Assembly: GCA_029263075.1 (NCBI GenBank)
Contig: JAJCYE010000108.1
Coordinates: 7,675 to 71,674, forward strand
Length of the DNA stretch: 64,000 nucleotides
Source of the DNA: Actinomycetes bacterium
GTDB lineage: Bacteria; Actinomycetota; CADDZG01; JAHWKV01
Direction of reading: 5' to 3'
Under the pieces are notes generated by a model, which had not been told where the DNA came from, searched no databases, and saw only the letters and a list, made by a program, of their open reading frames with translations. Position 1 is the stretch's first letter, and each line of letters starts with the position of its first letter. A program made the position numbers and the translations under genes. Below are positions 52,152 to 62,417 of this stretch, in pieces.

Positions 52152-53075
52152 ATGAACCCCGTCGCCGATTGGCCAACGCTTGCCTTCGACGATTGGGCCG
52201 ACACCAAACACACCCTCCACCGCTACGTGCAGACCGTCGGTAAGATCCGCATGGCCCTCGCGCCCTATCGAAACCACTGGTGGCACGTAACCCTCTACGT
52301 CGATACCCGCGGACTCACCACCGGGCCGATGCCCCTGCCCGATGGCCGCGCGGCTGAGATCCGGTTTGATTTTGTGGACCACCGTCTGGTCGTTCTCACC
52401 AGCGATGGCGAAGACCGCTCGTTCACCTTGCACCACGGCCTGGCGTGTATGGACTTCTACCGTCAGACGTTCGACGCGCTGGCGTCCCTGAGCATCCGGG
52501 CCGGCATCCACCCGGCCCCTTTCGATCTACCGGGGCCGCTGCTTTCTGAGGACTCCGATCACGACGCCTACGACCCGGATGCGGTCCATCGCTACTGGAC
52601 CGTCCTGCGCCGAACCGCTGAAGTCATGGACCGGTTCGGCGGCCGGTTCATAGGAAAGCAAAGCCCGGCCCACCTTTTCTGGCATAGCTTTGACCTTGCG
52701 ATGGCCCGTTACTCCGGCCGCCCCGCCCCGCCGCGTCCGGGAGCCGACCCGGTCACGGCTGAGGCGTACTCCCATGAGGTGATCGCTTTCGGGTTCTGGC
52801 CGGGTGACGACAAGGTGCCGGCGCCGTCGTTCTACTCCTATACCGCTCCCGCGCCGCAAGGCCTGACGGACCAGCCCCTGCAGCCCGCTCCGGCGTTTTG
52901 GAACGAGGAGGCGGGCACCGCCTATCTGCCCTACGACGACGTTCGCAGCGGCACCGCACCGGAAAGAACCCTTATGGAGTTCTTCGAGAGCGCCTATCTG
53001 GCCGGGGCGACGACCGCGCGATGGGACATCGAGGCCTTCACCGCTTCCCGCGATTTAGAGGAGAAGAAGACATGA
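52152..53075 (+). CDS. Conserved hypothetical protein (possibly DUF5996-like)
   Basis: The N-terminus WPTLAFDDWADTKHTLHRYVQTVGKIRMAL...NHWWHV resembles a family of conserved hypotheticals I recall from actinobacteria. No functional motifs seen. Confidence 0.5.
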   Translation: MNPVADWPTLAFDDWADTKHTLHRYVQTVGKIRMALAPYRNHWWHVTLYVDTRGLTTGPMPLPDGRAAEIRFDFVDHRLVVLTSDGEDRSFTLHHGLACMDFYRQTFDALASLSIRAGIHPAPFDLPGPLLSEDSDHDAYDPDAVHRYWTVLRRTAEVMDRFGGRFIGKQSPAHLFWHSFDLAMARYSGRPAPPRPGADPVTAEAYSHEVIAFGFWPGDDKVPAPSFYSYTAPAPQGLTDQPLQPAPAFWNEEAGTAYLPYDDVRSGTAPERTLMEFFESAYLAGATTARWDIEAFTASRDLEEKKT

Positions 53076-53665
53076 AGAGATCCAGGCTGCTCGTCGCATG
53101 GTTGATTTTGCTCCTGCCCCTGACGGCAGCCTGCGCCGGCGAGGACCCGGTGGTTGCGCCGTCGCCCACCGTCTCCGCCACGGCTGCGGAATCTCCGGCC
53201 GGGGACCCGCTGATCCTGGGAGAGGGGTCGACGGGGACCGGGATCGAGTACACCCTGGTCCTGGTGCCCGGTGACCCGGTATGCGTCCAGTTGCGGCAGA
53301 CCAACGGCGAGGGCGATTTCATGCTCTGCGACGAGCCTTCCGGCCAGGATTTCAACGGCGACCAGAGGCTTCGCTACGCGTTCGGTGGCTTGAACCCGGA
53401 ACAGGTTCCCAAGTTTGTTATCGGCATCACCGCCGAGGACGTGGAGCGGGTAGAGGTAAACCTGGCGGAGGGTGAGAGCCCGGCGGTGGCCACCCAGTCT
53501 TCACCGGCGGTGCCCGAACGGCGGTTTTTTGTTGTGATGCTCAGCCCGGAGCCGGCGCAGCATGTCCTGGCGGTCCGGGGCCTGGATGCCGCAGGTTCCA
53601 CGGTCGCCGGATTCAGCCTGGGTGAGCCGGGGGAGGGCTCGCCATCGCCCTTGCCCACCGGGTGA
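53072..53665 (+). CDS. Hypothetical lipoprotein
   Basis: ATGA overlap with the upstream stop. Signal peptide plus lipobox LTAAC. Confidence 0.5.
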   Translation: MKRSRLLVAWLILLLPLTAACAGEDPVVAPSPTVSATAAESPAGDPLILGEGSTGTGIEYTLVLVPGDPVCVQLRQTNGEGDFMLCDEPSGQDFNGDQRLRYAFGGLNPEQVPKFVIGITAEDVERVEVNLAEGESPAVATQSSPAVPERRFFVVMLSPEPAQHVLAVRGLDAAGSTVAGFSLGEPGEGSPSPLPTG

Positions 53666-53674
53666 CCGGCGGGC

Positions 53675-54316
53675 TCAGGTAAACGCCACCATCAGCCCAG
53701 CCGCGGCGGCCGGCAGAACGGCGTTGTCGACCCCGCCCGCAAGCACGCCCTCCAGGGCGGTCAGGATCAGTGCCGCCGCCAGCGCCGCGGCCATCGAGCC
53801 GGTATGCAGACGCCCGGAAACGGCCAGGGTTCCGGTTGCCAGGACCGCAGTGGACACGAAGAAGACGGCACTGCCGGTGAATGTCTTGTGTGCCCCGAGG
53901 ACCGAATATCCGCGCCGGCCCCAGCGGCCGCCGGCCAGGGCGGCTAGAGCGTCGCTGACCGCCATCACCAGCACCCCGAAGGTGTAGGGAACCGTAGCGG
54001 GGAACAGTGCCGCCGCGAGCCCGACCCCCAGCGGGAAGTACACCTCGCCCAGGGTGGTCCTTTCCGCGCGGTGGACCGAGGCGAAGATGCCCAACTTGCG
54101 GGAAACGACCATGAAGGGGATGAACAGTACCGCCACGACGACCACCGACCGGAAGGTCATGAACAAAGGCAGGAAGGCCGCTAGGACGCCGCAACTCAGA
54201 TGAGCCAGCTTGCGGGCAAGCTCCGCCGTGGCCCGCTGGCGGCGGGACAAGACCTCAACCACCGCAAGCAAGCCGATGAACCCGGCCGAGGCGGCCAGGA
54301 TAGCGGCCGGCTCCAC
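53675..54316 (-). CDS. Integral membrane protein, possibly polyprenol/phytol-kinase-like (CTP-dependent kinase family)
   Basis: Six hydrophobic helices, with RKLAHLSCG and SDALAALAGGRWGRRG motifs reminiscent of the dolichol-kinase/CdsA superfamily. Low certainty. Confidence 0.35.
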   Translation of the reverse strand: MEPAAILAASAGFIGLLAVVEVLSRRQRATAELARKLAHLSCGVLAAFLPLFMTFRSVVVVAVLFIPFMVVSRKLGIFASVHRAERTTLGEVYFPLGVGLAAALFPATVPYTFGVLVMAVSDALAALAGGRWGRRGYSVLGAHKTFTGSAVFFVSTAVLATGTLAVSGRLHTGSMAAALAAALILTALEGVLAGGVDNAVLPAAAAGLMVAFT

Positions 54317-54418
54317 CGCTATGTCCTTTTCTCGAAAACCCGCTCCGCCGCTTCAACGTCGGCGGCGGATCCGACGATCACCGGCACCGCATTGACCGCC
54401 GGCACCGGGGACTCAGGT

Positions 54419-54589
54419 TTATTTGCCGGTGACCGGCTGATCCGTGGCAAACCCGCCGCCGCCGAAGTTCTTCATTACCACCCCGTCGTTACGGACCATG
54501 TCCTTGCCGCACTTGGGGCAGGGCTCGGTGCCGGATGAGTCGTCCTCCATCATGTCCAAACCGCAGTCCTCGCATCTAAAGTTAGCCAT
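54419..54589 (-). CDS. FmdB-family zinc-ribbon protein
   Basis: MANFRCEDCG...CPKCG, two CxxC pairs, 56 aa from the internal ATG. Confidence 0.6.
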   Translation of the reverse strand: MANFRCEDCGLDMMEDDSSGTEPCPKCGKDMVRNDGVVMKNFGGGGFATDQPVTGK

Positions 54590-54717
54590 CGGTGCTCCTT
54601 CGCAGCTCGGTGTCCGTCTGCAAATCATGCCACTTTGTTTGAGTCCAAACGCTTGCCCCGACCCGCCCGGCGGGGTCATTGTGGATGAAGACGACTATTT
54701 TCAAAGGAGGCGGCCAT

Positions 54718-55189
54718 ATGGTCAGCGACGCAACAAGAGGTCCGGTCCGGCGTCTGACGGTGGTGGTGTTTGCCGCCCTTGCTGCGGTGGGGTGTGCGCA
54801 GGATCCGGCGCTCGAGGAGTCCCCGACGCCCTCGGTGACGGCGCCGGCCTCCCCAACCGCCCAGACCTCGCCGGCGCAAACCTCAACCGCCTCCCCGGCA
54901 CCGCAGCCGGACAAGCTGACCAGCCCTGAGGGACGCCGCCCGTCACCTGTTCGACGCCTGGAAGGCCGGTGACCGCACCCTGGCCCTGAGGTTCGCCAGC
55001 GAAGCCGCGGTGGAAAACGTCTTCTCCCGTCCTTACACCGGCCCGGACCCGGAGTTCATGGGGTGCGATCACGAGGTCGACCACTACTTCTGCCGGTTCC
55101 GTTACGAGGGCGGTTCCACGACCTACCGGGTGGATGGCGGAAATTCGGCGGGTTACGAGGTGACCGAGGTGACCCAGACCGCCGACTAG
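54718..55189 (+). pseudogene. Lipoprotein gene interrupted by a +1 frameshift near 54926-54972 (pseudogene or assembly error)
   Basis: Frame A (54718-54972) encodes a lipoprotein N-terminus (lipobox AAVGC, RBS AAAGGAGG). The next frame continues with a coherent protein-like stretch (AARHLFDAWKAGDRTLALRFASEAAVENVF...HYFCRFRYEGGSTTYRVDGGNSAGYEVTEV) to the TAG at 55187. Confidence 0.45.
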
Positions 55190-55679
55190 ATCTGGGTCCG
55201 GATCCGGATCCGATCCTTTGCCGCCGCATCCAGCTGCTCGAGGGTCATGTCGAATCGTTTCTGCAGCAGGCGCACTGCGATCTTTTCTCCCTGATTACGG
55301 TTGACGAATTTCCGATGTCCCCATTCAAGGTCCTCCAGTTCCTCGTCGGTCTGCTCGGCGGCGAACGACTCCGGGAAGTCGAGAACCGCCGGCTCCCCGA
55401 ACCGTTCGGTCAGGTGTGAGAACGCGGCGCCGCTGATCGCATAGTCGGCGTGCGACATGTTGGGAAGACCGGCCCACGATTACCATCAGGGACTCCTCCT
55501 CCAGCACGCCGGGATCCCGGCGGATCAACTTGTCGACCCCTATTATGGCAATCAATAACTCCTTGAGTGCGCCGAACTCCGGCGGCCGGGCGTCACTGTT
55601 CTGCCGATATCTGATCCCTTCCCCGCCTTCGGCTTCGAAGACGAGCCGGGACTTAAATCGTTATCGTGGGTACTGACAT
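55186..55679 (-). pseudogene. Hypothetical gene broken into three frames by two frameshifts (probable pseudogene)
   Basis: AAAGGAGG RBS plus ATG at 55679 gives MSVPTITI then a stop. Frame +1 continues protein-like (FKSRLVFEAEGGEGIRYRQNSDARPPEFGALKELLIAIIGVDKLIRRDPGVLEEESL); frame +2 carries MSHADYAISGAAFSHLTERFGEPAVL...TQI. Confidence 0.4.
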
Positions 55680-55691
55680 AGCCACCTCCTT

Positions 55692-56207
55692 TCATCCGCT
55701 GATCACCCCCCGGTTGCCAACTTCCCTCGCGGATCTCCTAGGAGGGACCCGGTTTGTTCGAGACGCCGTTGTTATGCAACTGACTATGGCAATCTCTGCA
55801 TTGTTAGTGCTGATCAGCCAGTAGGACCCAGCTGGAACCTCGAATGGAGTGAAATCATTCTCTACTACGCGAAAGTTCACCAAAGCATTGGACGGTCGGT
55901 TTCTCACAGCATCGAAGTCCTTCGGAGACCCCTCACCGACGTATAGACGTGTCGTTCCGACCTCGGATTCGCCGACATGACCGTGGCTGAATCCATACGC
56001 CGTGGCGTACAACTCTCCCCCTGTGGTGGTGAATCTAGCGGGCTCACCCCATGGCTGCCCAAGTTCAACCCGAGCCATTCCACCCGGACCGCACTCAGGA
56101 ACTAGGCCGGTCTTCTCGGGATCATCCCCGCATCCGGAAAGGAACAACAAGATCGCGAGCGCCCACGCTCCCCTCGTTCGCGTTCGGTCCCTCCGTGGTT
56201 TGGTCAC
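55692..56207 (-). CDS. Hypothetical lipoprotein (island gene)
   Basis: Signal peptide plus lipobox LSGC. Lower-GC codon usage. Confidence 0.5.
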   Translation of the reverse strand: MTKPRRDRTRTRGAWALAILLFLSGCGDDPEKTGLVPECGPGGMARVELGQPWGEPARFTTTGGELYATAYGFSHGHVGESEVGTTRLYVGEGSPKDFDAVRNRPSNALVNFRVVENDFTPFEVPAGSYWLISTNNAEIAIVSCITTASRTNRVPPRRSAREVGNRGVISG

Positions 56208-56294
56208 GGGCCTTCATCCAGATTCAGCGTCTCTGAAACCACACTACCCGTGAGACGACTCTTCACGGTTACTTGCAGCGAATCTGAAGCTTGG

Positions 56295-56855
56295 TCAAGG
56301 ATCGGAAGGTGAATAAGTACACCGGCCGTCAGCGTCGGCATTAAGCGTAATGAACTCATCGATCCCACCGTAGGAGACGTCCACCTTCTCAACGCCTGGG
56401 TTGCCTTGCCCGTCTTCAAAGCAGCACACGTAGATACCATAGGTTTCGCCTTCAGTTGGTGAACCCGGATACCTAACCAGCTGCTCACGCCCCACGCCGA
56501 CCCCACCAGCACCAATTCCATTCAGCCGAAACGCATGGACCCCTGCTGGAGCACTCGGCATCGTGACCGTGGCCTCAACTACACCGGATTCGTTGGCCAC
56601 CACCGAGCCCAGAACGGTGGGATCGGAGTGGAGACTTACGTCGACTTGGCTGCCGGGGCTGAAACCTCCGGCCAAAATGGTTACTGGGCTTCCGGCCGTT
56701 GTGTCGAAAGGAGCATTTCTGAAGCCCTGTCCGTCGAAGGTCGGTTCACTGGCTGATTTAAAGGCCGCTTGCGAACCGCACTGCTCCGAGCCTCCGTAGG
56801 TCTTTAGCACTTCGCAAGCCTGAATAGCGTGGCCCTCGAGATGGGCACACCTCAA
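56295..56855 (-). CDS. Hypothetical Cys/Gly-rich protein (island gene)
   Basis: 186-aa ORF just downstream of the membrane-protein gene. No recognised domain. Confidence 0.35.
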   Translation of the reverse strand: MRCAHLEGHAIQACEVLKTYGGSEQCGSQAAFKSASEPTFDGQGFRNAPFDTTAGSPVTILAGGFSPGSQVDVSLHSDPTVLGSVVANESGVVEATVTMPSAPAGVHAFRLNGIGAGGVGVGREQLVRYPGSPTEGETYGIYVCCFEDGQGNPGVEKVDVSYGGIDEFITLNADADGRCTYSPSDP

Positions 56856-56874
56856 TTGAGGGGTAGTCGCTGCG

Positions 56875-57576
56875 CTATAAGAATTGCTCTATACGTACGG
56901 GGACAGTTGACGTCACCTTAATAGATACGATCGTTAACTCCTCGAGTGGAAAGCCCTCTAGCTCCACGTTGTCTAACCCTTTCGTAGCGACGAATTTGCA
57001 GTTTTTGTCCTGGTTATTCGCCGAAGAGTCTCGAACCTCATCCACCCATCCGCTCATCAGCTCTCTTGCATCATTGCATGTTTCTTTGACGCCGGAGGAG
57101 GTCTGCCAAACGATTTTGGCTTCAGGGAACTGATCTGCCCTGCCCCCAGAGGACCTCGTCGTCCAGTTCGATGAGGCTGGGAAACTTTCTGCTACGCGAA
57201 GCTGGAGCTCGTAGGGCTCGCGAAGAAGCTTCTCCCTAAGGTCAAGGGCCGAATTGGCCATGAATATCGATGGGATCGCTAGCAAAAGGGCAATAGCGGC
57301 TGCCCAAATGCGCAGTCTTCTGTAAATGAGTCCAGCGCCGACGACCATTAGGCCAAGCAAAACAAGGCCAAGAGGAAAGTAGAGCTTCGAAGTAACTACT
57401 TTGCCAACTTCGTCGGCGTAGCTGACGCCTGGCTCGGAGAGGATCACAATCGACCGCACCATTGCTCGACCGGTCAAGAATCCGGAGATGAGAACCACCA
57501 GAGCAGAAAACGCCAAAGCGGCCCACGCAGCATCGAAGCGCCGGGCTGGCGGCGCGATTCCTCCCGAAGTGATCAT
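56875..57576 (-). CDS. Hypothetical membrane protein (3 TM + C-terminal soluble domain), translationally coupled to the giant gene
   Basis: 4-bp overlap with the stop of the 1614-aa gene. Three hydrophobic helices at the N-terminus. Confidence 0.5.
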   Translation of the reverse strand: MITSGGIAPPARRFDAAWAALAFSALVVLISGFLTGRAMVRSIVILSEPGVSYADEVGKVVTSKLYFPLGLVLLGLMVVGAGLIYRRLRIWAAAIALLLAIPSIFMANSALDLREKLLREPYELQLRVAESFPASSNWTTRSSGGRADQFPEAKIVWQTSSGVKETCNDARELMSGWVDEVRDSSANNQDKNCKFVATKGLDNVELEGFPLEELTIVSIKVTSTVPVRIEQFL

Positions 57577-60500
57577 GGCTGACTCTCCTCCACCACGCTT
57601 ACTAGAGCGGAATGCATCATTGAGTAACCGAGGGCATTCGGATGAAACGTTCTGTCGTCAGCTATGAGGTTGACCCACGCTGGTTCAGGTTGATGAAGTG
57701 CGTCATAAACGTCCTGAGGATCGTTGTTAGGCGTCAGTCCTGTGATCCACTCTTCGGGATTACAAACCTGATGATCATCGAACAGACCTTCCCCGATAAT
57801 GGCTGGCTCAGAGGAAAAGCCGCCACTTACTAGCTCGCCCCCAGATCGCACGATCTGGATGTTTTGAGCGTAATCCTCTGCGTTCACCGTGCTTACGGCG
57901 TCAATGATCACTGCATTAAATTGGGCGAACCGCGCACGTAGCCAATCTATCTCCTCAACACTTAGTAGCCCATCTCCCATGCACCGAACCGGTGCTATTC
58001 CCGGGGGAACGGGAACTGGCACGACATCGATTCTTTTGTTCTCATTGGTGAACATTTGAGGGTACGTAAAGACAATCAACTTAGCTTTCTCAGCCTTGTT
58101 GAGAATGTCTCTGTAGACGTCGGTCAGGTCATCCTCCATGCCGGCTATCTCAGTCGTTAGGTCCCGCGGTCCCCCAGGCTCGAACTGGGGTCGGCAGTCT
58201 CCCGGCCGCAGGCATGCATCGAGAACGTCGATCCAACGCAGATCGTTTCCACCCACCGAGATTGTCACGAGTTCGGTGTAATCCGGCAGGTCTTGGATCT
58301 GGCCTGGTATTTCAGTGGTCCAGTTACCTGCGCATGCCTTGAACTCAAAATCCCAGTCACTTTGACCTGCAGCGAGGAGCGGCCCGTATGCCTTACTCGA
58401 TCTCTTGCAGTCGTCGGCGTTGTTGTCCCAATCATAGGGACCAGCACCCTGGCCCGAGGAGAACGAATCACCAAGCGCCCAATAGGTGAACTGGTGAGGT
58501 GTGATGGGTTCCGAGGGCAGTGAAGGTTCCCCTTGACCGAGGTCGCTTTCGGCAACGACAGTGAACGTATACGCCATCCCATTAATGAGTCCGGTCACGT
58601 TGCTGGACGTAGCGTCTGGATCACTGATGGATAATCCAGCACATTCACAGACCGGATTGGAAATGATCGTGTAACCGGTGAGAGCGGCTCCATTCATAAG
58701 CTTCGGCGCATCCCATTCGATTAGAGCCGACGCGATTCCCGATGAACCTCGGACGTTCGTCGGTGCTTCCGGAGGCTCACGATCCGTCTCCGCCTGAGCC
58801 GGGAGTGATCGGTCGCCAATTCCTCTGCCATTTTCCGCAACGATTTCAAGCGTGTAGGTTGTAGCCGGATTCAATCCCTCAATGATCGTTGCGTATGTGG
58901 TGCCAGAGACTGATTTCCCCGTGCACTGGGAGCAGCTCGGAGAAACCTCTACTTTGTAAGCCGTAATGGGACCTCCATTGTCGCCAGGTATCCCATCTCT
59001 GAGGGGTGGCGGGTCCCAGCTGACCGTCGCTCTACGCAGGCCGCCAGATGCCTGGACGTTCACAGCCGCGAAGGGCTTTCCCGCAAATGACCCGCTGTCG
59101 GAGGCAGGTGAGTGATCACTGATGCCGAACTGGTTGGACGCCTGGACGGTGAAGAAGTACGGAGTCCCGTTAATCAGCCCGCTTACAGCCATCTGGGTGG
59201 TGGATGCTCCAACCGCTTCACTTCGAACGATCGCCTGCGTTGTCTCCCGATAGATGTTCACGGTATAGCCGGTAATGGAGCTGCCGTTGTCGCCGGGAAT
59301 GCCGTCTCTGGGTGCTGGCGGAGACCACGAAACCGTGGCTTCCTCACCAACGATCGTCGCGGTCGGCTTGGCCGGCGCAAACGGCACGCCGAGCGGGCTG
59401 ACCGTGTTCGACTGGGCAGACTCCGGACTGGCAACGATAAACAGCGTTGTAGCGATCACTTTGAAGTAGACCGGAGTTGCGTTTGGAAGATCGGTGATCG
59501 TCGCCGAGGTCGTTGCCGAGGTCTTCGGGGGACCGACCACAGCGCCATCAGATGCTCGGTAGGTCTTCACCGTATAACCGGTCACCAGCGGGAGGATCCC
59601 GCCGACTGAGGGGGCATTCCATGTGACCGTGGCCTCCCCGTCGCCCGCGGTAGCTTGAACGTTGGTCGGCGTGAGGATGTCCGCCGATTGAGTTACCGCA
59701 TTTGCCGAGGGGCTTGAGGCAGCACCGGGCGCAAGGATTCCGCCAATTACGTTCATCGCCGCAACCACAAACTTGTAGGTGTGGTCAGCAAGCAGGCCCT
59801 CGAAGTGCGCCGTGTTGGAGGACAAGCAGCTCCCCGCGCACTCAATCGGCGCCGGGCTTGGGCCGCCCCCCTGGTCGATCGCGGTGATAAGCATCTTGGT
59901 GATGGGTGAGCCGCCGTCGTCTGTCGGAGAGGTCCAAGTGACCTTGGCCATCTCAACCATACCGGTGCCAGTAACGTCGGTGGGAGCAGACGGACGTTGC
60001 GCAGCAATGACTACAACTGCGTTGGTTCCTGCAGCCGTCGCACTGTGGCTGACGGTGTTGGTGGCATACACGTAGAACCTATAGGTCGTGCCGGCCGTCA
60101 GATCGTCGAAGAAATCCTCCGTGCAGGTTGCGCAGGGGGTGCTGTATTTGTTCGCGTACTCAAGGGCCCCATTGGACAAGACCCTAAAGACGTAGACGAC
60201 GTGGACGCCCATGGTGGCGCCGCCGGTGCTCGACGATAAGGTCCAGCTCACTTTGACTCTACCGTCGGGCTGAGCGGTGGCCACTGCGTTTGTCGGAGGA
60301 CTTGGAATGGTCTTGGGCGTGACCGTGTTGGTTGTTGCTACCGTCCCCCATTGTCCGGCGTTGTAGGGAAAGATGTAGAAGAACTGGCTGGCGTTGGGCA
60401 GACCGGTGAAGCTGGTGGAGGTACAAGGCCCCGGGCTACATGAAACGGCCTTGCCGTCCCCCGATGGAGTGTTGTTGGCGTAATAGGGGTACACGGCATA

Positions 60501-62417
60501 AAGCAGCACCGGCGACCAGGGGTTTGTTGGTGCGGCGCCCCAATTGACCGTGACTGTTCCGTCCGGGTTGGCGGTAGCCGTCGCGTTTGCGGGTGCGCCG
60601 GGGACGCTGGCGCCGGGAACCGTGATCGTGCGGCATCCACCCCCTAGCAACGGGTTGGTCCCAGAGCCCGCAATATTCATGCCGTAGAAGCAGACGTTGT
60701 GGGTGCCGGGTGCGGCCGAGATCACGGCGCTGAAGCCGTGATTGTCGCCATAGCCGGGATAGTGGAGCCCAACGTCGGGGCGGGAGGTGTTGGCGTCGAG
60801 CACAACAAGTTTAGAACCCACGTAGATGTGGACCTGGGTCGAGGCGGCGGTGTCTGGGTCGATGACCCAGCCCCTGACCCGGATTCCTCCCGCAACCGGA
60901 GTCGACTCGTCGACGCTTCCGATCGGGTCACCCGTCGGGCCGGCCGTGCTGTAGTCGACCGACAGGTAGGGACCATTGCCGGCCTCAAACGACAGGTACT
61001 TTTTGTACTGGTTGTTGTCGGCTTCATTGGGGGCCCTGAACGAGAACGATCCTGCAGTCTGTCCTTCGGCAGCCATCTGCGCCACCTGCGGGGTGACCAC
61101 CCAGTGGGCCAGGCGGTTGGGACACGCGCCGCTGTGCCAGCCTCCGGTCGCCTGGTTGGAGTCGATGGAAGCTCCCGGGAAGGTCGTCATCGACGATCCG
61201 CTCCAGGGCTGGGTCACCCGGTAGACCGGGCCCGGACCGACGTTGCAGTTCCATGAATGCTCTTCGACGGCGTACAGGGTGGCGGAGTTGATTTGTTTGC
61301 CCGCCAGGGGTGCGGTATCGAAATGAGCGTAGGACTGCCCGATATGAACCCCGCCGTCGTAGGTGCCGACCTTGAGCTCGGGGTCGGCTGAGTTGTTGCG
61401 GGTGAAGTTGCGCATGACGTAGGTGTCATCGCCCCAGGTTCGAACCGCATGGATCTGGGGGTCCACGGTGACCGGCCAGACCCTCTCAGGGCTGCTGAGC
61501 CACTCCCGGCCCCGGTCTAGAGAAACCTCCAGCGCCACCCCGTCTTTGTGCGGGATCAGCGCATAGTCCACTGCGGTCGACACCGCAGACTCACCGGAGC
61601 GGGGGTCCAGGTTGGAGTCGAACATGAATCCATGGGGGGTCCGGGCCCACTCGTCACCCTTGGAATCCTTGTAGACGACATCGCCGTTGGCCTCGATCGA
61701 GGCCGTCAGGCCCTGAAGGATCAGAGGAAAGACAAACCGGGTGGGGGCATCGGGCGAGGAGAGGATCAGATCCTCTTTCAGGCCGTTTCTTTGTGAGGTG
61801 AGCCGGACATCGGTGAACTTTTTGACGTTGGAGTAGGTGACGGCGTCCTTGGCGACCTTGCCTTTGACCTTGGCGGCCTGATCGATGCCGAAAGAGACCG
61901 AGTGCGTGGAGTCGAGCTGAAGCTTGGCAAGGGTTTTAGCATTGGAGTAGTCCGCGATCTCCAGCCCAAAGCTGTTGGCCTTGTTCTTCAGCTTGCCTCC
62001 GGCAACCGGGGTAAGGGTGGAGTCGATCTCGACCCACTTACCATCCTTCTCAAAGTTGACGGCGTCTGAGTACAGGCGGGTCTCGAACTGGCCGGGCTTG
62101 GTGCCCGAGAAGGTCCTGGACGAAGCCGTCCGCTTCTCGATCAGTTCTTTGTTGGGGGTCCACGCCTCAACCGGAGGCGGGGTCTTGGACGGTTCGATCG
62201 GATACGCCTTGGGCGAGGTATCGGTGACATCTGGGGGCAGGACCAGGGCCGGCGCGCCTTTGGGCAGGGACTTCGGTGAGCTAACCTGGGTCGGCTCTTC
62301 AAGAGCCGAGGCCGTGGATGGGGTTAACCCCAGCAGCATCGACATCAACATGATCATCAGCGTGATTCTGCTGATCTGTGCGCGTGAGGTTGAAGCCCGG
62401 CGATACTTCCTTGGCAT
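57573..62417 (-). CDS. Giant secreted multidomain protein: signal peptide, N-terminal beta-rich domain, array of about 8 fibronectin-III-like repeats, C-terminal SGNH/GDSL hydrolase
   Basis: Signal peptide ...STASA/LEEP. Repeated FN3-like blocks (GSPITKM, VTGYTVKTY, GSSITGYTVNIY, GGPITAYKVEV, LTGYTIIS). SGNH blocks YWALGDSFSSG (GDS), ISVGGNDL (GxND) and a DxxH-containing tail. Confidence 0.8.
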   Translation of the reverse strand: MPRKYRRASTSRAQISRITLMIMLMSMLLGLTPSTASALEEPTQVSSPKSLPKGAPALVLPPDVTDTSPKAYPIEPSKTPPPVEAWTPNKELIEKRTASSRTFSGTKPGQFETRLYSDAVNFEKDGKWVEIDSTLTPVAGGKLKNKANSFGLEIADYSNAKTLAKLQLDSTHSVSFGIDQAAKVKGKVAKDAVTYSNVKKFTDVRLTSQRNGLKEDLILSSPDAPTRFVFPLILQGLTASIEANGDVVYKDSKGDEWARTPHGFMFDSNLDPRSGESAVSTAVDYALIPHKDGVALEVSLDRGREWLSSPERVWPVTVDPQIHAVRTWGDDTYVMRNFTRNNSADPELKVGTYDGGVHIGQSYAHFDTAPLAGKQINSATLYAVEEHSWNCNVGPGPVYRVTQPWSGSSMTTFPGASIDSNQATGGWHSGACPNRLAHWVVTPQVAQMAAEGQTAGSFSFRAPNEADNNQYKKYLSFEAGNGPYLSVDYSTAGPTGDPIGSVDESTPVAGGIRVRGWVIDPDTAASTQVHIYVGSKLVVLDANTSRPDVGLHYPGYGDNHGFSAVISAAPGTHNVCFYGMNIAGSGTNPLLGGGCRTITVPGASVPGAPANATATANPDGTVTVNWGAAPTNPWSPVLLYAVYPYYANNTPSGDGKAVSCSPGPCTSTSFTGLPNASQFFYIFPYNAGQWGTVATTNTVTPKTIPSPPTNAVATAQPDGRVKVSWTLSSSTGGATMGVHVVYVFRVLSNGALEYANKYSTPCATCTEDFFDDLTAGTTYRFYVYATNTVSHSATAAGTNAVVVIAAQRPSAPTDVTGTGMVEMAKVTWTSPTDDGGSPITKMLITAIDQGGGPSPAPIECAGSCLSSNTAHFEGLLADHTYKFVVAAMNVIGGILAPGAASSPSANAVTQSADILTPTNVQATAGDGEATVTWNAPSVGGILPLVTGYTVKTYRASDGAVVGPPKTSATTSATITDLPNATPVYFKVIATTLFIVASPESAQSNTVSPLGVPFAPAKPTATIVGEEATVSWSPPAPRDGIPGDNGSSITGYTVNIYRETTQAIVRSEAVGASTTQMAVSGLINGTPYFFTVQASNQFGISDHSPASDSGSFAGKPFAAVNVQASGGLRRATVSWDPPPLRDGIPGDNGGPITAYKVEVSPSCSQCTGKSVSGTTYATIIEGLNPATTYTLEIVAENGRGIGDRSLPAQAETDREPPEAPTNVRGSSGIASALIEWDAPKLMNGAALTGYTIISNPVCECAGLSISDPDATSSNVTGLINGMAYTFTVVAESDLGQGEPSLPSEPITPHQFTYWALGDSFSSGQGAGPYDWDNNADDCKRSSKAYGPLLAAGQSDWDFEFKACAGNWTTEIPGQIQDLPDYTELVTISVGGNDLRWIDVLDACLRPGDCRPQFEPGGPRDLTTEIAGMEDDLTDVYRDILNKAEKAKLIVFTYPQMFTNENKRIDVVPVPVPPGIAPVRCMGDGLLSVEEIDWLRARFAQFNAVIIDAVSTVNAEDYAQNIQIVRSGGELVSGGFSSEPAIIGEGLFDDHQVCNPEEWITGLTPNNDPQDVYDALHQPEPAWVNLIADDRTFHPNALGYSMMHSALVSVVEESQP

